Of a stretch of DNA of 64,000 nucleotides, positions 13,300-26,749 are shown one piece after another. Under the pieces are notes generated by a model. That model was given only the letters and a program-made list of their open reading frames with translations. It had not been told where the DNA came from and made no database searches. This DNA comes from Vicugna vicugna (taxonomy: Eukaryota), in NCBI GenBank assembly GCA_013265495.1, contig MU058714.1, positions 930,001 to 994,000 of the forward strand. The letters run 5' to 3'. Within the stretch, counting starts at the first letter, position 1. Each line of letters begins with the position of its first letter. Both the position numbers and the translations under genes were made by a program.

Positions 13300-13850
13300 C
13301 GTGTTGCCGTGAGAACCTCCCCTTGCCTTCAGGCTCCCGCCCCGTCTGTCAGGAAGCTGTGCCTCTCGGTGTTTGTCCTTTGAAGGCGCCCGCCCCTACA
13401 CCCCCGGCTGATTTGCAGCTTCTTCCGTGGCTGTCATCGTCTCTCGGGGCGCTCGCAGGGCCGGCCTGCCGTGTGTGCGCCCTGCTGGTGCTCCTGGCCC
13501 CTGGGACTGCCCTTCAGGCACCCCTCCAGCCCCTCTGTCCCTTCTCTCCCGGAGTCAGAGGGCCTTGGGCCTCTTCAGCGTGTCCCGTGTGTTTCTTACG
13601 TTCTGTTCAGTGGGTTTTGCTTTGTTTGGGTTGTTTCTTTCGGGGTGTCTCTGGCGGTTTCCTGCCGACTGCTCTCCAGCTCCCAAATCCCCTTCTGTGA
13701 CGGCGTCTAATCTGCTGTTCGGCAGCCTGCCAAGTCCTTGATTCCATTGTATTTTTCTGTTCCATCATTTCTGTTCAGTTCTTCATTGATTCCTGAACTT
13801 TCCACCGTGTTCTCTATTTTCATGAAGATACCAGCTGCCAGTCCCGGGGC
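13300..13850 (-). mobile_element. Ancient L1 ORF1/5' region fragment
   Basis: gtctaatctgctgtt...attccattgtatttttctgttccatcatttctgttcagttctt is typical of old L1M ORF1 in antisense. Confidence 0.55.
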
Positions 13851-14051
13851 GCCCAGTCTGCTCACGCGGACGGCTCTGAGATCGGGGTGTTGTGTTACAA
13901 TCGGTGCTGCCGTGGGTGTGGACTCCAGGGTGTGACTGGCCAGCAGTCAGGTTGGGCCCACATGTGGAGGATCAGAGTCCCGAACGTGGGGTGCCAAGGG
14001 CAGCAGCGAATCCCTGAACGGGGCCTGTGGCCTGGACCAGCCCTGGAGGCT

Positions 14052-14140
14052 GCCGTGGAGAGGTCCGCCCCCGCCGTGGAGAGGTCCGCCCCCTGCCGTG
14101 GAGAGGTCCGCCCCCGCCGTGGAGAGGTCCGCCCCCGCCG
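14052..14140. repeat. 21-bp minisatellite, about 4.2 copies of GCCGTGGAGAGGTCCGCCCCC
   Basis: Units start at 14052, 14073, 14095 and 14116; one unit has an extra T. Confidence 0.97.
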
Positions 14141-14869
14141 AGGCCCACGAGCTGGCACCGAGGGAGGCGGGTGTGTCGATGGCTCTGGGGGCCCGGCTGG
14201 CGTGGAGAGTGGGCTGTGAGCGTGAGAAAGGGCCGTGTGGAGATGCCCGATCCAGGCGCTGGGGCTCACCTTTCCTTCTGTGTCCTTGCAAGGGCGACGG
14301 GATAGACCAGCCCGATTCCGTGTGTAGCAGCTCCTCTGCTCCGTGTCGGGTTCAGTAACGCAGTGGGCCGTCTTCCATTTTTCGGCTTCTTAGATTTTAT
14401 GAAGAAGGAGCGTCTCGACATACATTACAGCCACACTCCTCGGGGAGCAGAGCTGGGAGAGGGCTCGGTGCAGCTAGTGACAGGGACAGCCCCCTGCACC
14501 GCGCCCGCCCCGCTTCCCTTCCGTGGGGGCCGAGGGTTCCTCACAGAGACCCTGGTTCACAGAGTCCCTGTTGCTGCCGGGAAGGGGGCTTGCCCTGCCT
14601 CTCCTGACGGGCTTTGGGGGGAGCGCGCAGCCCGCCGCTGCTGTGCGGGTTGGCGGCGGCGCCTCCCGGTGCAGCCCTGCGGTTCCGTGGTTCCGGCCTG
14701 GCTGAGGTCGAGGTCGTCCAGGGTCCCCGGCATCAGGGCCGGGGCTCTGTCTGCACCATTCGGGGCTCACAGCCCGCATGTCAGGGCTCCAGTAGTCCTC
14801 GGTCAGAACAGCGCGGAAAAGCCTGCCCTCTTTTCAGTTTTATGTATTTCGTATTATCTCTTTAAATCT

Positions 14870-15110
14870 TTAAAAATTTAGAACATCCTTTTTTACATGC
14901 CACCCCACAGACTTTTTTACAGGCAGTTTGTTGGCTCTTACGTAGTTAGTTCGGTGGATTTTACCGGCTGTGCACTCCCCGTTAACCACCCTCAGCGCCG
15001 GGGGTGGAGCTGTGATCACCGGGAGCTCCCTCGCGCCCCAGCCACCCCAGCCCCGTCCTCCTGGCCAGGAAACTGCCTTCTTCAAGCCCCCGTCACACGG
15101 GTTGCTTTCG
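14870..15110 (-). mobile_element. Ancient L1M 3' end fragment
   Basis: gttcggtggattttaccggctgtgcactcccgttaaccacc...cgggagctccctcgcgcccc resembles the L1MB/MC 3' end. Confidence 0.5.
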
Positions 15111-15767
15111 CGCCGAGGTCCGAGGCTCGCCCAGGTCCCGCGTGCCTGCCGTCCTGCCCCTGCAAGGCCCAGGAGCGTGCGGGGGGACCAAAGCCTGTCC
15201 CCTGGCGGCCTCCCGCCCGTGCGCGTTTGGGCTGTGATGAGCGGGGCTGCTGTGAGCGTCAGAGCCTCGTGTGGGAGTGTTTTCGTTTCCCTTGAGTGAA
15301 TACCCAGGGACGGGTCTGCAGGTCCTGGGGTAGTTGTGTGTGTTCCATGATGTTTTGTAAGCAGCTCTAAATTGAGAAAATGACAAAGATCATCCGTTTT
15401 TCTTTGCAGAGCCGGGCAGTCTACAGAGAAATCTTATTTACGGTTTTCTCCACATACTCTGGAGACGTGAAAACATGAACGGAAATGAGCCAGATGTTTG
15501 GTTGCCTTTGAATGGGTTCTTAGGTCGGGCGCTGGGCCGTGTTTTCCTCTGAACCCATCCGCTTCCCCCAGCGATGGGGAGTGAGTCCAGCCATTTGTGC
15601 CTGTTACGGACTCGCGCGCAGAAATACATGCACGGTTTAGAACTTCATCAGATTAATTGCTTTTACCATTCCTGGGTGTAAGAAGGAAGAAAGTGATTGT
15701 GGCTTTAGCAGCCCTCTGAGTCCGTCCCTGGTGACAGCCCCGTTCTGACCGGGCTGTAAGCAGAGCG

Positions 15768-15839
15768 CATGCGTGTGTGTGTGTGTATGTGTGAGAGAGC
15801 GTGTGTGTCTGTGTATGTGCGTGTGCCTGTGTGTGTGTG
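15768..15839. repeat. Imperfect (TG)n microsatellite
   Basis: gcgtgtgtgtgtgtgtatgtgtgagagagcgtgtgtgtctgtgtatgtgcgtgtgcctgtgtgtgtgtg. Confidence 0.9.
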
Positions 15840-17749
15840 GGGGGGTGGTCAGCTCGTCCTGTTGTGGCGCGTGTCTCCGCTCAGCACCGTGTTGAGGCCC
15901 GTCGGGTGACCGGGCTCCCAGGCTCCCACCGCTGGTCACTCCCTGGTGACGACAGATGGAAACCTCGCTCTTCACAGGTTTTGCTGTCACAGCCCATCCA
16001 CCGAGGAGGACTGGCTGCTGCCTCTCCGGTGCCAGGGGCAGGACTGCCTGTGGGCTGTCCCTGGGGGCGGCCTTCACGGAGAGGGCCGCCTGCTGTCCCA
16101 TGGTCCTGCCGGTTCTGCCGCTGGAGGGGGGAGTCCTGCTGGAAGACCCCTTCTCCCTGGCAGTCCCGCTGCGGGACGGCTGCTGGCCCTGGCTCCTCGG
16201 TCTGGACAGCAGGCTCCCAGCGTCCTGCAAGGGGCATTGGAGGCCGCTCGTCCTGCTCTCTTAGTGGCAACGGCAGGAGACACCCATCCATTCTAATCCC
16301 GACGACACATGCCTTTAGCGGCATCTGTTTTTGTTCCCTTTTCAAGGAACAGAAGCAAGACCAGAGAAAATAATTCTTACGGCCAGTGTGGGCTCTGGTG
16401 CTGGGTGCCCCTCGGCTCTGCTGCTCGCCCCCCCCCCCCGCCTTCCCGCTGCTCTCCTGAGAAGCGCTCAGCAGGGCCCACACCCGGGCCTTGGGGGTCC
16501 AGCGGTCTAGGGTGCTGGTTCAGGAAGAGGCGAGGGGGAGAGGAGCCCAGGGCTCTGAGGGAGTCGCGTCGGCTCACTGCTGGCTTGTTTCAAGGATGGA
16601 ACATTTGCATTCGCGTGGCTGTTAACTCTGAAGTACCTGCGATAAATCTGTAGTGCTCATTCCCCTCCGAAGGACCTGGGCTTTTTCTCGACAGGACAGA
16701 GACGCTTTTATAAACTTCGTGTCCAGGGTGTTGATAGAATTTTAATCTGCAGACTCAACAGGAACAAGGAAAGTTTGGTTTTGCTTTCTGCGCTGCGGAG
16801 ACCTTCCGTCTAGGGTTTTTTTGTGCTCCTCCCTTGGTTCTTCTTCCCTCTTTTTCTCAGTCAACGAAGACATTTGAAAGGAAGTCGCTGGTACGCTTTG
16901 CCGCTGCTGCCCGCGGGCCCGGGGCCCCAGCCTGCCGTCCTGATTAGAGGTTTGCTGGCTGCTCCACATCAAAGCAGGTTTCCCAGGGAGAAGCGGGAAG
17001 CTAATTGAAGGCACCACCTAATTACTGGGGTGCTTCCAGGCCACTGTTCTCATCTCTTCTTGAGAGCATGTTCCTTTAAAAGTGACACGAGCTATTAAAA
17101 ACTCAAGGAAGACCTTCGTAGGAAGGATGAAGTCTTGCTCGTCTGTTAACCCTCAAAGCCACTCGTTACCTTTCTTTGCAGACTGTTGCCGTGAGTTCTG
17201 CGTGCGTTGTCACGTTGTCACCATCCTGTTCGTGGGACTCGGTGGGGGGGGCGCTGTGTGTCTGTTGTGAGTCTCCGGGGAAGAGCTGCATTTTCTGCCT
17301 CCTTCGGGGGGACGTGGGCTGTTAGGAATATCGCCATTTGACATTACCTGAAGAATTACCTTTCCCCGAGTTTGGCTTGTGGAAACAGACCGTTCTGTTA
17401 TCCTCTCCCTCTGCCTGGCGTGAACTTGAGAAGACTCTCGTCCCCTCTCCAGCCTGGCGGAGACATCAGAGGTGGAGGTTGGAAAGAGGCCCCAGGACAA
17501 AGTTGCAGGTCTTTGGATAAGGTAGAAGCATCGGGGTCATGGCTGGGTGTGCGGGCGGGGCCGCCCCGAATCTCGTCGCCACGCTGGGCAAAGCGCAGGA
17601 GAGACGTGAAGCCCTTCCTGCCTGGTTCAGAGCAACAAGGTGTCAGTGGGTGTCTGCCGTGTGCAGGGTGCGTGGCTGGTCGCTGTGGATGTGGAAGCGG
17701 GGTGCCGCCCACCGGCCGCGAGCTCCAGGGCCTGTAGGGGAAGCAGGCA

Positions 17750-17900
17750 CGATTCATCGACAGTGTTTATTGGGGTTGCATGAAGCTGGGGTCTGAGCAA
17801 AACCGAATATGGTCCCTGCCGTTAGCATGGCGTCTGGTGAGGGGGGCAGATGGCAGGCACAGGCTGTGCCAGGGGTGGGTCACAGCAAACCAGGAGGAGT
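17750..17900 (-). mobile_element. L2 3' end remnant
   Basis: gattcatcgacagtgtttattg...atatggtccctgcc resembles L2 (cattcaacaaatatttattgag...ggtccctgccctc). Confidence 0.5.
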
Positions 17901-19145
17901 GTCTGGAAGCAGGTGTGCTCCCTTAATGTGGATAATGGCACTGCCGACCAGAGGCCCTGGGGACTTCCTCTCGTGTTCCTGAGCAAATGCTTGAGGGACT
18001 GAAGTGCTCCCCCCACACCCCAGAGAAGGCTTTAGAGCCCGCCAGCGGCTCCCCGTCAACTGGCTGCTCGGCGGCGTGGGAGGAGCGGATGTCCTCTGTG
18101 GCGCCTGCCCCGTGGTCAGGGCTCTGCTCTCCTCCTCCCCGGGCCCATGTCGCCTTCCCAGCGCACGCCGTTGCCTCCCTGTGTGTGCGGGGGGCGGGCT
18201 GCCCCGCATCAGGAGAAAACCAAGCGGTCAGCCTCTGAGGGGCAGCAAGAGCGCCCCCCGCGCCTCCCGCCACTCTGTCCAGAATTTGCTCCTTGAGGCG
18301 CCCGTGATGGCTCTTCCCCAAGCCCCCCGCGGCCCAGCCACTCGTGGCAGCTGAGCTCTGCTGTCTTTGCCCTGGGCCGTCACTCCTCCTCTCCTCCCGT
18401 CCCTCCGCTTCCATCAGACGCTGATGCAGAGAATTCGCCCCTTTCTCTCTGCAGCCATCACGGCCGTGTTTGGTTTCCGAGTGCCTCTCCAGGCCTGAGC
18501 CCCTCTCTCTCCCAGGCTGTTCACGCATCGGAATCCGTAGCATCGCTTCGCCGAGCTGTTGTCCGAGTGGAGAGCAGCCTGGAACTGGATGTGCTGGGCC
18601 CAGAAGGGCTTTAGTGACCCTTTAAAGCCCTACCCTCCTCCGACAGCGGTGCGCCCGGCCTGGCCGGACAGGGGCTGGGTCAGGTCGACTCAGGCCTGGA
18701 ACCGATGTTTCTTGATTCCTTGCTCCCTGTGAGTAAGGTTCTCCTCAGACCGGTTTCTCGTCACAAGTGCTTCTTGCCTGACCAAGGCCACCACTCGTCT
18801 TTCAGGCTAGAAAGCTCGGGACGTCTCCGTCAAAGCATCACTGCTCTCTGACCCCTGCGGCTCCACTCCAGGGCCCCTGGCTGTGCCCTCCTCTGCTCTC
18901 CCGCCCACCTCCTAGTCCTACTGCGTGTTTAACGTAGGACCCACTTCCTTGCCAGCTTTGCCCATTAGGTTTTCCCGTTTCTGCGCCCTGACACTGTCAG
19001 TCTGTGCAGAGCGCCGCTGTCTGCCCGGACCGCGGGCCTCCTCGGGCGGAGCGCGTGCTGGCGGAGCTTCCGGCTCTTGTTCTGCCCGTTCCTCTGTTCC
19101 TCGGTAGCACCTGTCACCTCTAGAGTGCTGGGCTGTTCCCCACAT

Positions 19146-19345
19146 TTCCTTATTGTGGTAACATAAACGTGAGCATCTTGACCGTGTTAAGTGTGCAGTT
19201 CGTTGCTGTTAAGTACATTCGCATTGCTGTGCAGCCACAAGCTGTTTGTGTGAAACCAAAGCTCTAACCCGATGCTGACTGCCAGCCCCCCACACCCACT
19301 GTCCTACCGTCTGCCTCCCTGGTTTTGACTCACTGTACAGGTTTT
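19146..19345 (-). mobile_element. L1MB-like 3' end
   Basis: ttattgtggtaacata...aagtgtgcagttcgttgctgttaagtacattcgcattgctgtgcagcc...ctgtcctaccgtctgcctc. Confidence 0.8.
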
Positions 19346-20579
19346 ACATTTATTATGTTTGGTGTCCAGCTCGCCCCGTCAGGCTCTGAGCTCCGGGAGG
19401 GCAAGAAGGATCTGACATGTCCCAGCTCTTGGCACAGTAGGGCCCAGTGCGCAGTAGGTGTTCATAATCATGGAATTCGCTCAGCCCTTGTGCTGGCCTT
19501 TAACTGGGATTATCTGGCCTGACCCTACCTTTTCCTTATACATTCTGGTCACTCTTAAGCATAAGCCTTCCGCAGCCACAAGGGCTCCTCTGTCAGAGGG
19601 CGAGTCCTGCTGGACCGTGAGGGGCCGGTGCTCGTGCTTGGGTGCAGGTGGGAGGCCAGCTGTGCGGGGCCCGGCGCCTCCCTCTGCTCCGCTGTGACCC
19701 GGGTCCTCGCCTGCCCGCCCGGCCTCAGGTCCGCTGTCCTCTGAGCCCCAGGCTGTGAGGAGGGCGCCACCCCTCTGTGCTTGCTGATAAGCTTGTTCAC
19801 AGCCTGTGCTCCTCCGGGCCCCGGGCCGTCAGGGAGCTGGTTGGTTCCTTTCTGTCCTGACGAAGGCGCGTCGGCCTGTGTCAGCAGTGCTGAGTGAAAC
19901 GCTGCAGCTGCGTTTCAGGTGGGCCAAGGTTCCTTTAGAAAAGACTCTTAAGAAATGGGGTGGAGACAGGAGCTGCTGGAACTATAAAGGGATGTTTTCT
20001 AAAGTCCTTGAAAGAACGGGGAGAAGCAGCTTTGCAAGAGGTCGTGGGTGTCCCGCCGGGAGCCGTGCGGGAGGCGACCTGTAATGTGCACGTCAGACTC
20101 TGTGCACAGGTGACCGCGGGGCCTGCAAGGGAGGGGTCATTGTCGCATTGTGCTCAGTGTCACATCACACCCCCCGCCACATCCAGTAATTACCCCCATT
20201 CTACATCGAATCCATTTCTCCTTTTTAAAATATAATGGGTAATAGATGGATTTATCCTTGGGAAAAAAAGGACTGATGTCATGAAATAGGTTTTTGAGCA
20301 GGCAATCGACTGAGAAGTTGCTCACACTCTTGAGACTGAAGGGGAAGAGAAGTGGGCATGCCTTTGTGACTGGCTATGCCTTCGTGACTGGCTATGCTCA
20401 CGGCATCAGGGTTCAGTCTGGTTAAGAATTACAGGGGAAAGAAATGACAGTAGTGGAAATAAAACTGAAGTCCCCTGCCACGGAGATTGTCCAGTGTTAG
20501 CCATTTAGGGCTCTTAGGTGCTCCGTGATGTCAGGGCGCTGGGCACCTAGCAAGGATTGTATCCTTTCAGTCACCTCAC

Positions 20580-20820
20580 TGTCCAAGATGACTGCTGGAG
20601 CTCCAGCCATTACATATGCATTTCACCTTATAGGAAGGAATAAGTAGGGAAGAAGGCCTCTTTGTTTACCCTTGAGGGTGTTTCTCAAAAGTTACGCTTA
20701 GCACGCTCACTGGGAGACTGGCAAAGTCGTCTGGGTGGCCCTGTGCCCACCCAAATGGGGTTCTGTTATTCAGGGAAAGTGGGGAGCAGACGCTGGAGAA
20801 ACTTGCAGTCTCTGGCATAA
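20580..20820 (-). mobile_element. MaLR LTR, MLT1J/K-like
   Basis: aagatgactgctggagctccagccattacat...ctgggtggccctgtgcccacccaaatggggttctgttatt...gcagtctctggca is the reverse complement of the MLT1J start. Confidence 0.75.
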
Positions 20821-22044
20821 GCGCCATCCTGGCTGATGCTTATTAGCGGAAGTCTTGCCACCGTGCCGAGAAGAGAATGGTTTTTCTTTGGAGTGTCCGT
20901 TAGTCCTTCCGAATTGGCTCCAAGTGTGTCTCGGGCTGTGAGCGGACATGTGTGGAGAGTCTGAGAATGAGGTATCCTAGGGATGGCTCCTGAGGGACTG
21001 GAGGCGGGTACCTGCGGGACCACGGTGCTCGAAGCCCTGAGGCCATGTAAGGGGAGGGGCCAAGCCGGAGAAACACGGGGGGGTACGGGGTGATCGACAG
21101 AATCCCGGGCATGCCGTGGAGACCCATGCAGGTTTGAGAAACCTGTCTTAGCTGCTGTGGGGGGCCTTGTCTTTTTACATTTTTCTGATTTATTTGTCGC
21201 CTGTAGACGTCCTGTATTACATTGCAAATTTGGGGGAATTACCTTCAGCCTTGGCTTCATCTATTAGCATTCCTGAGAAGAATTTTTGCGGAAAGAGATT
21301 GCTCAGAGGCTAATGCCGAGGCGAGGTGCATAAATCCTTAGATGAATGGTCAGGAGCGGTGCTTGGAGCATTTCCCTGGCTCTCCCAGGGGCGGGGTGGA
21401 GTGAGAGCTCCGCTGCTCTGCCTCCCAGCAGCGGCAGCGAGGCCTGCGTGCACTTTCCTGCTCGGACCTCAGCGCATGCACCTTTGAAGTGGGCGTGTGG
21501 ACAGCGCGCGCCTCGGCTGCTCACACGCTGATGGCAGTGCATGTAAAGCACAGCTGTGGGACGTTAGCTGGTGGTTTTTTATTTATATCCTTTATGTGCA
21601 GAAGCTGTTAGTCTTTTTCGTTAGTATTTTGTTCGTTGTTTTCCCCAGGGATTTAAGAAAGCCCTGTCAAAAAGTAACATCAGAAATTCAGAAGTTCTGA
21701 AAACTTTTCCCACACTTGGTGTCAAAGTTTTTCTATATTTGGTACCAAAACCAGACTTAAATGTCATGAGGCCGTTAGAATTAAAGGGGAAAAAAGCCAA
21801 TTAATAGAACTGTTTATAGGTTAGTTCACAGATAAGGTTGTGGGTTTCTTTATGCAGCATTCTTGTCTCTCTAAAAAGCAAAACTTCAGACCACACCCGG
21901 CCCCGGGCTGTAGGTCAGGGTGCTCCGGCCCTTTCTGCGGAGAGCCTCGCGCAGCCCGAGTCCTGCAGGCTGGGGCCCCAGGGACCGTCGGCACTGGGAG
22001 GAGGTCCGGGTGGAGCAGCCGCGTGGCCACTGGGAACATACCTT

Positions 22045-22293
22045 TTTTGTTTTGTTTTACATTTTTTAATTGAGTTATAGTCAGTTTACAATGTCGTGTC
22101 AATTTCCAGTGTAGAGCTCAAGTTTTCGGTTCTACATGAACATATGTTCATTGTCACATTTTTTTCCACTGTGAGCTCCACCAGATCTTGTGTATGCTCC
22201 CCTGTGCTGTACAGTGTAATCTTGTTTATCTGGTCTGCATATGCCTGTCAGTGTCTACAAACGCTGAACTCCCAGTCTGTCCCTTCCCGCCCC
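22045..22293 (-). mobile_element. 5'-truncated artiodactyl/camelid L1 3' UTR insertion
   Basis: tttttaattgagttatagtcagtttacaatgtcgtgtcaatttccagtgta...gaactcccagtctgtcccttccc. Degenerate target-site duplication ggaacatacctt (22033) / ggaacacatctt (22294). Confidence 0.85.
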
Positions 22294-22924
22294 GGAACAC
22301 ATCTTACAACGTCTTGTCTTCCTCCATTCGCCGGGAGGAGGGTGAGTCGCTGCTGCTGCCCGAGAGCCCTTTTCCCTGGGTTCCAGGCCCCTCGGGCACT
22401 TGTCTACTCGGCTCTGCCAGCCCTCCCCGCCGCTGGCCTGCCGTCTGTGTGCTGCCGCTTCTGGGTGCACTTTGTTATTTACAACTGGAAGACGACATCG
22501 TTACCAAGGGAACACATTTAGAATCACTATTTGTTTTTCCATTTCCTCTTGACATACATGTGGGTTGTGATTTATACAATTTCTGCTGAGCTGGTCGGAT
22601 GCTGGGGTTGCCAGCCTGTGGCGCGGTTGTTACAGGTGATATAGGGGTGAGGTGCCTGTTAGATGGAACCTTAGATCGCGCTTTTTAGCTTGAGGTAAAT
22701 GCTGAGGAAAGTGCAGCAATGTTCCGTGGGCATCAGCCCCAAGTAATAGGCGGTGAACTCTGAGCCGTTCTTCCCCCGAGGGTGAGGAGACTGCCACTGC
22801 GGTCTGGAGAGTGCTGTGCTTTAGAGTTTCTGCTGATTCTGCCCCACGGAGATGCTGAGAATAACCCAGCTGTCTTCTTTGGATAGCCAACTGCAGAGTG
22901 TTTGTCTCCGTTTTCCGTGGCTGC

Positions 22925-23330
22925 CTCGACCGAGAGCTCTAGCACCTAGTGGTTTAAAACCGCAAGCGTTTACTTGCTTACAGTTGTGCAGGTTGGGCTG
23001 GGCCCAGCTGGGCAGTTCTTCTGCTGGTTTCTCCCGAGGTTGTTCAGGTGGCTGTCACCGTCTGGAGGCTTGACCGGGGGCTGGCAGTCCAAGGTGATGC
23101 CGCTGACATGTCTGGCGCATCAGCCAAGGCAGCCGGGACAGTGTGGGCTGGGCGTTCATCTCGCTTTCCCTCTGGGTGCTCCTTCTGGCTGTTCGCGCAG
23201 GGCGGCTGGGCAGGAGGAGGGGGCATTCTGAAGGACACGCCCCGTGCAAGTGCTGCTTCTGCCTCCGTTGGCATCGCACCGGCACCTGCCCTGTTGGTTA
23301 GCGGCAGTCAGGTGTGCGGGGACCACACCG
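22925..23330 (-). mobile_element. MaLR LTR, MLT1H/I-like
   Basis: ctagtggtttaaaac...cagctgggcagttcttctgctgg...gtccaaggtg...gacatgtctggc. Confidence 0.75.
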
Positions 23331-23749
23331 GCCGTGAACGCCCCCTGTTCTTGTGGTGTCGGGTGGACTTAAGGATTTAAACATATCTGATGGCTTTAGT
23401 CCACTGCAGTTTTCATGATTATTGAAGCTCAGGTTGTCCCGTTTTTACCCGGTGGGGGCCTCTCCCAGCTGGCCTGGCTCCCGGTGGCTGTGGCGTGTCC
23501 TCGTCTGTCATGCTCCTGTAGCGCCTCCTGGCTCTCCAGGTGACGACGTGGTGCAGGCTTATCGGTACCTTTCCTGCCCTGGGCCTGGAAGAAGCCACTT
23601 GTCTGGTAAGTTCTGGCTTCCTTTGGGAGAAGTTTGTGTTGTGAGACATCAGCCCCGGAGCGGGGGCCAGTCGTTGCCCCTGCATTGTGCCCGTCCTAGG
23701 CCTTCTCGGAGGGCACGGCCGGGGTTGTGTCGCTGTTTTCATATACAGT

Positions 23750-24700
23750 TGATGCTTGTTTGTTTTCGTTTATCCCAGAGATTTACCAGTTCCCTTGCCT
23801 GTCGGACTTTCCCTTTGTCATCGTCTGCTCTTGTCCGAAGCTCACCCTCATCTTGCTCTGTCTTTGGGGGTGAATTTTCTCAGTGTTGCCGTCCTAATTT
23901 TTATGTGTCCTTGCTCTAGAAAGTACTGGGTGTGGAGCGGCTTGACGCTTGTCTCCTCCCCGTGCTTTGGAGCTGTGAGCCCACATCTCCTGCTTTCTGG
24001 GAGTGCTTTCGGGAAGCACCCTGCTTCGCCTGTGGGTGGTGCGTCCCTTCTCCTGTCTGCTGTGAGAGCTTCCCTTTGCTCCGGCTCTGCAGGCTCCTTC
24101 TTATGTGCTCGCTGTACGGTTCTTTCCAGCCAGCCTGCCTGAGATTCTGTGGGCTTCTAAGGCATAGGCACTGGCGTCTTTCACAACTGCCGGTAATTTG
24201 ACAGCTGTTGTCGTTAAGATACTGCCTGTGCCCAGGCCCCTTCCATGTGAACCTTGTTACAGCTCTGTTGGCTCATGTCGCTCTGCTCTGCAAAGGTGTC
24301 ACCTTATCCCTGCCTTCACGTGCTCTGTTACTTCACCTTTGTGGTTGTGTTGTAGTTTCTTCAGACCTGCCTTCCAGTTCACAGATCCTTTGTTCAGCTA
24401 TGTCTAGTCTGTCGCAAAGCCTTTCCACTTCTATTTTAAGTTCTAGTAGGACATTAAAAAATGGTTAAAACAAATCCGTACAGTTGTTTTTCATGTCTGC
24501 CTGTCCTTGTCTCATGTTTCGGTTTTCTGTCTTGAAATACATCAGATGAAGCTACCTTACTTCTGCTCTCATTGCTCTGAAAGCTGAAGTCTTGGTGCAT
24601 CGGGGTCAGCTCCCGTTTTCGCTGACTTCCTGCCGTGGTGCCTGTATCCTAACGTACTTTGAAAGTACTGATGAGTATTTTCTTTTGAAATTCAGCTGTG
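23750..24700 (-). mobile_element. Ancient L1M ORF1 region
   Basis: ttcttcagacctgccttccagttcacagatcctttgttcagctatgtctagtctg is typical of antisense L1M ORF1. Confidence 0.7.
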
Positions 24701-26749
24701 TAAAGTCTACAAAGCTTGAGATGAGGTTAGTTTTTTTCCCCCAGAAATTACTTAGGTTTGCTCCCATCAACCAGTTAGGGGCCTTGACGGTGAAGGCTGT
24801 TTGAAGCCCTGGCTTGAGGTTTCCCCTCCCACCCGGGCGGTGTGAGTGCCTGTCACGGGCAGCCTGTCTCCTTGCTGCCTTTCCCCCGGGTCAGACACGG
24901 ATCGCTTCTGCGCAGCTCCCCGGTGGGGCGTTTTACTTTGGGTAGACCTTACTCCGAGTCTGCAGCCCTCTGCAGGCCCACTTTTCTGGAGGGACATCTC
25001 TTGGGCTCCCAGCTGGCCTGGGCCTTGGGCCTTGTCCCCTGCTCCTCAGGTGACTTGCGGCTGCAGGTGCCCAGCTCCAGCACTGGCGTGGCAGCTGCCG
25101 CTCGGGTGAGGTCGGGCTGCTGCCTCTGTCCACGTCTGGGTCCCCAGCTTCAGCATGTGGTCGGAGTATTCTTGACTTTCATTCCAGCTCACCCCTATTT
25201 TTAAGAAGGTCCCCCCACCACACCTGCCCATCTGCTCCCCCACGTCCTGCTGTTTGTGGTGAGAGGATCCCAGGGACCCAGGTCACCACGTCTTTGTGTC
25301 ACTGCAGATGTGACTTCTGTGCTTGTTTCTTCAAGGGGTGTCACAGTCCCAGGTCCCAAGCTGAGGACTGAGCATATGGTGAACCGCTTTGTGGGACGTG
25401 ACTTGTACCGAAACACAGGGCCTAAATGGCGCAGGCTGACGGTTCTGCAGGAGATAGGCAAGGTGGCTGAGCGCCTCACGCCACGGAGATCTTTCTCGGT
25501 GATAAATCACTGTCAGTAGGCGGGTAGGGTTAAGTTCACCTGAGAACTGAAGTAATTCTGGAAATGTACTGGTTAGCGAGATTTTTGTTAAGAGAGGAGA
25601 CGTGTGTAGGGTGCCTGCGGACCTGTGATGGTCCACGCCTCCTCTGTCAGCACGGAAAGTTCCGGCAGACAGGGAGTGGTCAAGCAGAGATGAGGGCTGA
25701 ATGGAATCTGAGTGACTCAGACATTTCAGAGGGAAGTGAGTCACTGTGGAGGTGGGGTCACCTCCAGCTTTGATTTAAACGTTGGGAGACGGTTATCAAG
25801 AGAAAGAGTGGCCAGCGTGTCCGAAAGCCAAGAGCACTTCTTGCTCGCAGGGCACCCGGGTCACTGTGGGGCAGGGCCTGTCGTCATCTTTGGGCTGCAG
25901 CCCAAGGGCGGCAGGGGAGAGTGAAGGTTGTCCCCACGCTGGGACCCTGGGCTCTGCCTTCTGGGCTGTGAACTCGCTGACCCGGGCTGGGCATACCGGG
26001 CATCGTCGGCAGGCAGCTGGGGGAAGTCTGAGCAGAGTCGAGTTGGGGGCAGAGCAGGAGCTCGGGGGTGCAGGGCGGCTGGGGCTGTTCTCCACCCTCG
26101 GTGCCTGTGTGACCACTGGAGTCAGGGGTCCGGGAGGGCAGAACCGGGACTGGACATCTGAGTGTACAGGCCGGTGGTCCTCCCACAGCACCACCTCTTG
26201 TGACTTAAATGAGTCAGCACTGCAGGAAGATTTTTATTTTAATAATCAGCTTCAGGTAGACCTTGAAAACCAAAAGCGGTAGAAAGTCAACAGACTTAGG
26301 CTCCAGCGTCTGGAGACGGGGTCTGCTGTCAGGGCCTGGCATGGTCAGGACGCCTCTGGGTGACAGGGGACCGGATGTCGTGGGAGTTTGTCCTGAGCAG
26401 CTCTTACTGTGAAAGGAGAATAAACATTTTGTTACCCGTAGCAATAAACACACCTCTCTCTCTCTTAGCTGTCGCCTTAGTGTTTGCCTCTTACAGTGTG
26501 CTCTTAGAAACGCTTAGAAATGCTGCGCTTTTGAAACTGTAGTAACTTTCCTCTCTGTTTTTGAAGTGTGATAAAGAAAGTGCAGCCCTAAAACTGTGCC
26601 GTACTTCCTGAGCTTGGCACTTGTTCTCCACTCTGGGGACGTTCTAGGTATCATTTCAGAGGGATTTTGGCCTGCGTAAAGCATTTTAATGCCTTTTTGT
26701 TGGCCTCAGGACAGAATCTAAAACTCTTCAACTGGACTAAAAAGCCGCT

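Noticed and set aside
15410-15677. Possible cassette exon (tttttctttgcAG at 15409, GTAAGA at 15678)
   Set aside because: 268 nt, frame-shifting, no Raptor-like peptide, and no evidence beyond splice-like motifs.
25713-25743. Paired AP-1 sites
   Set aside because: 7-mers are frequent in the window and there is no other support.
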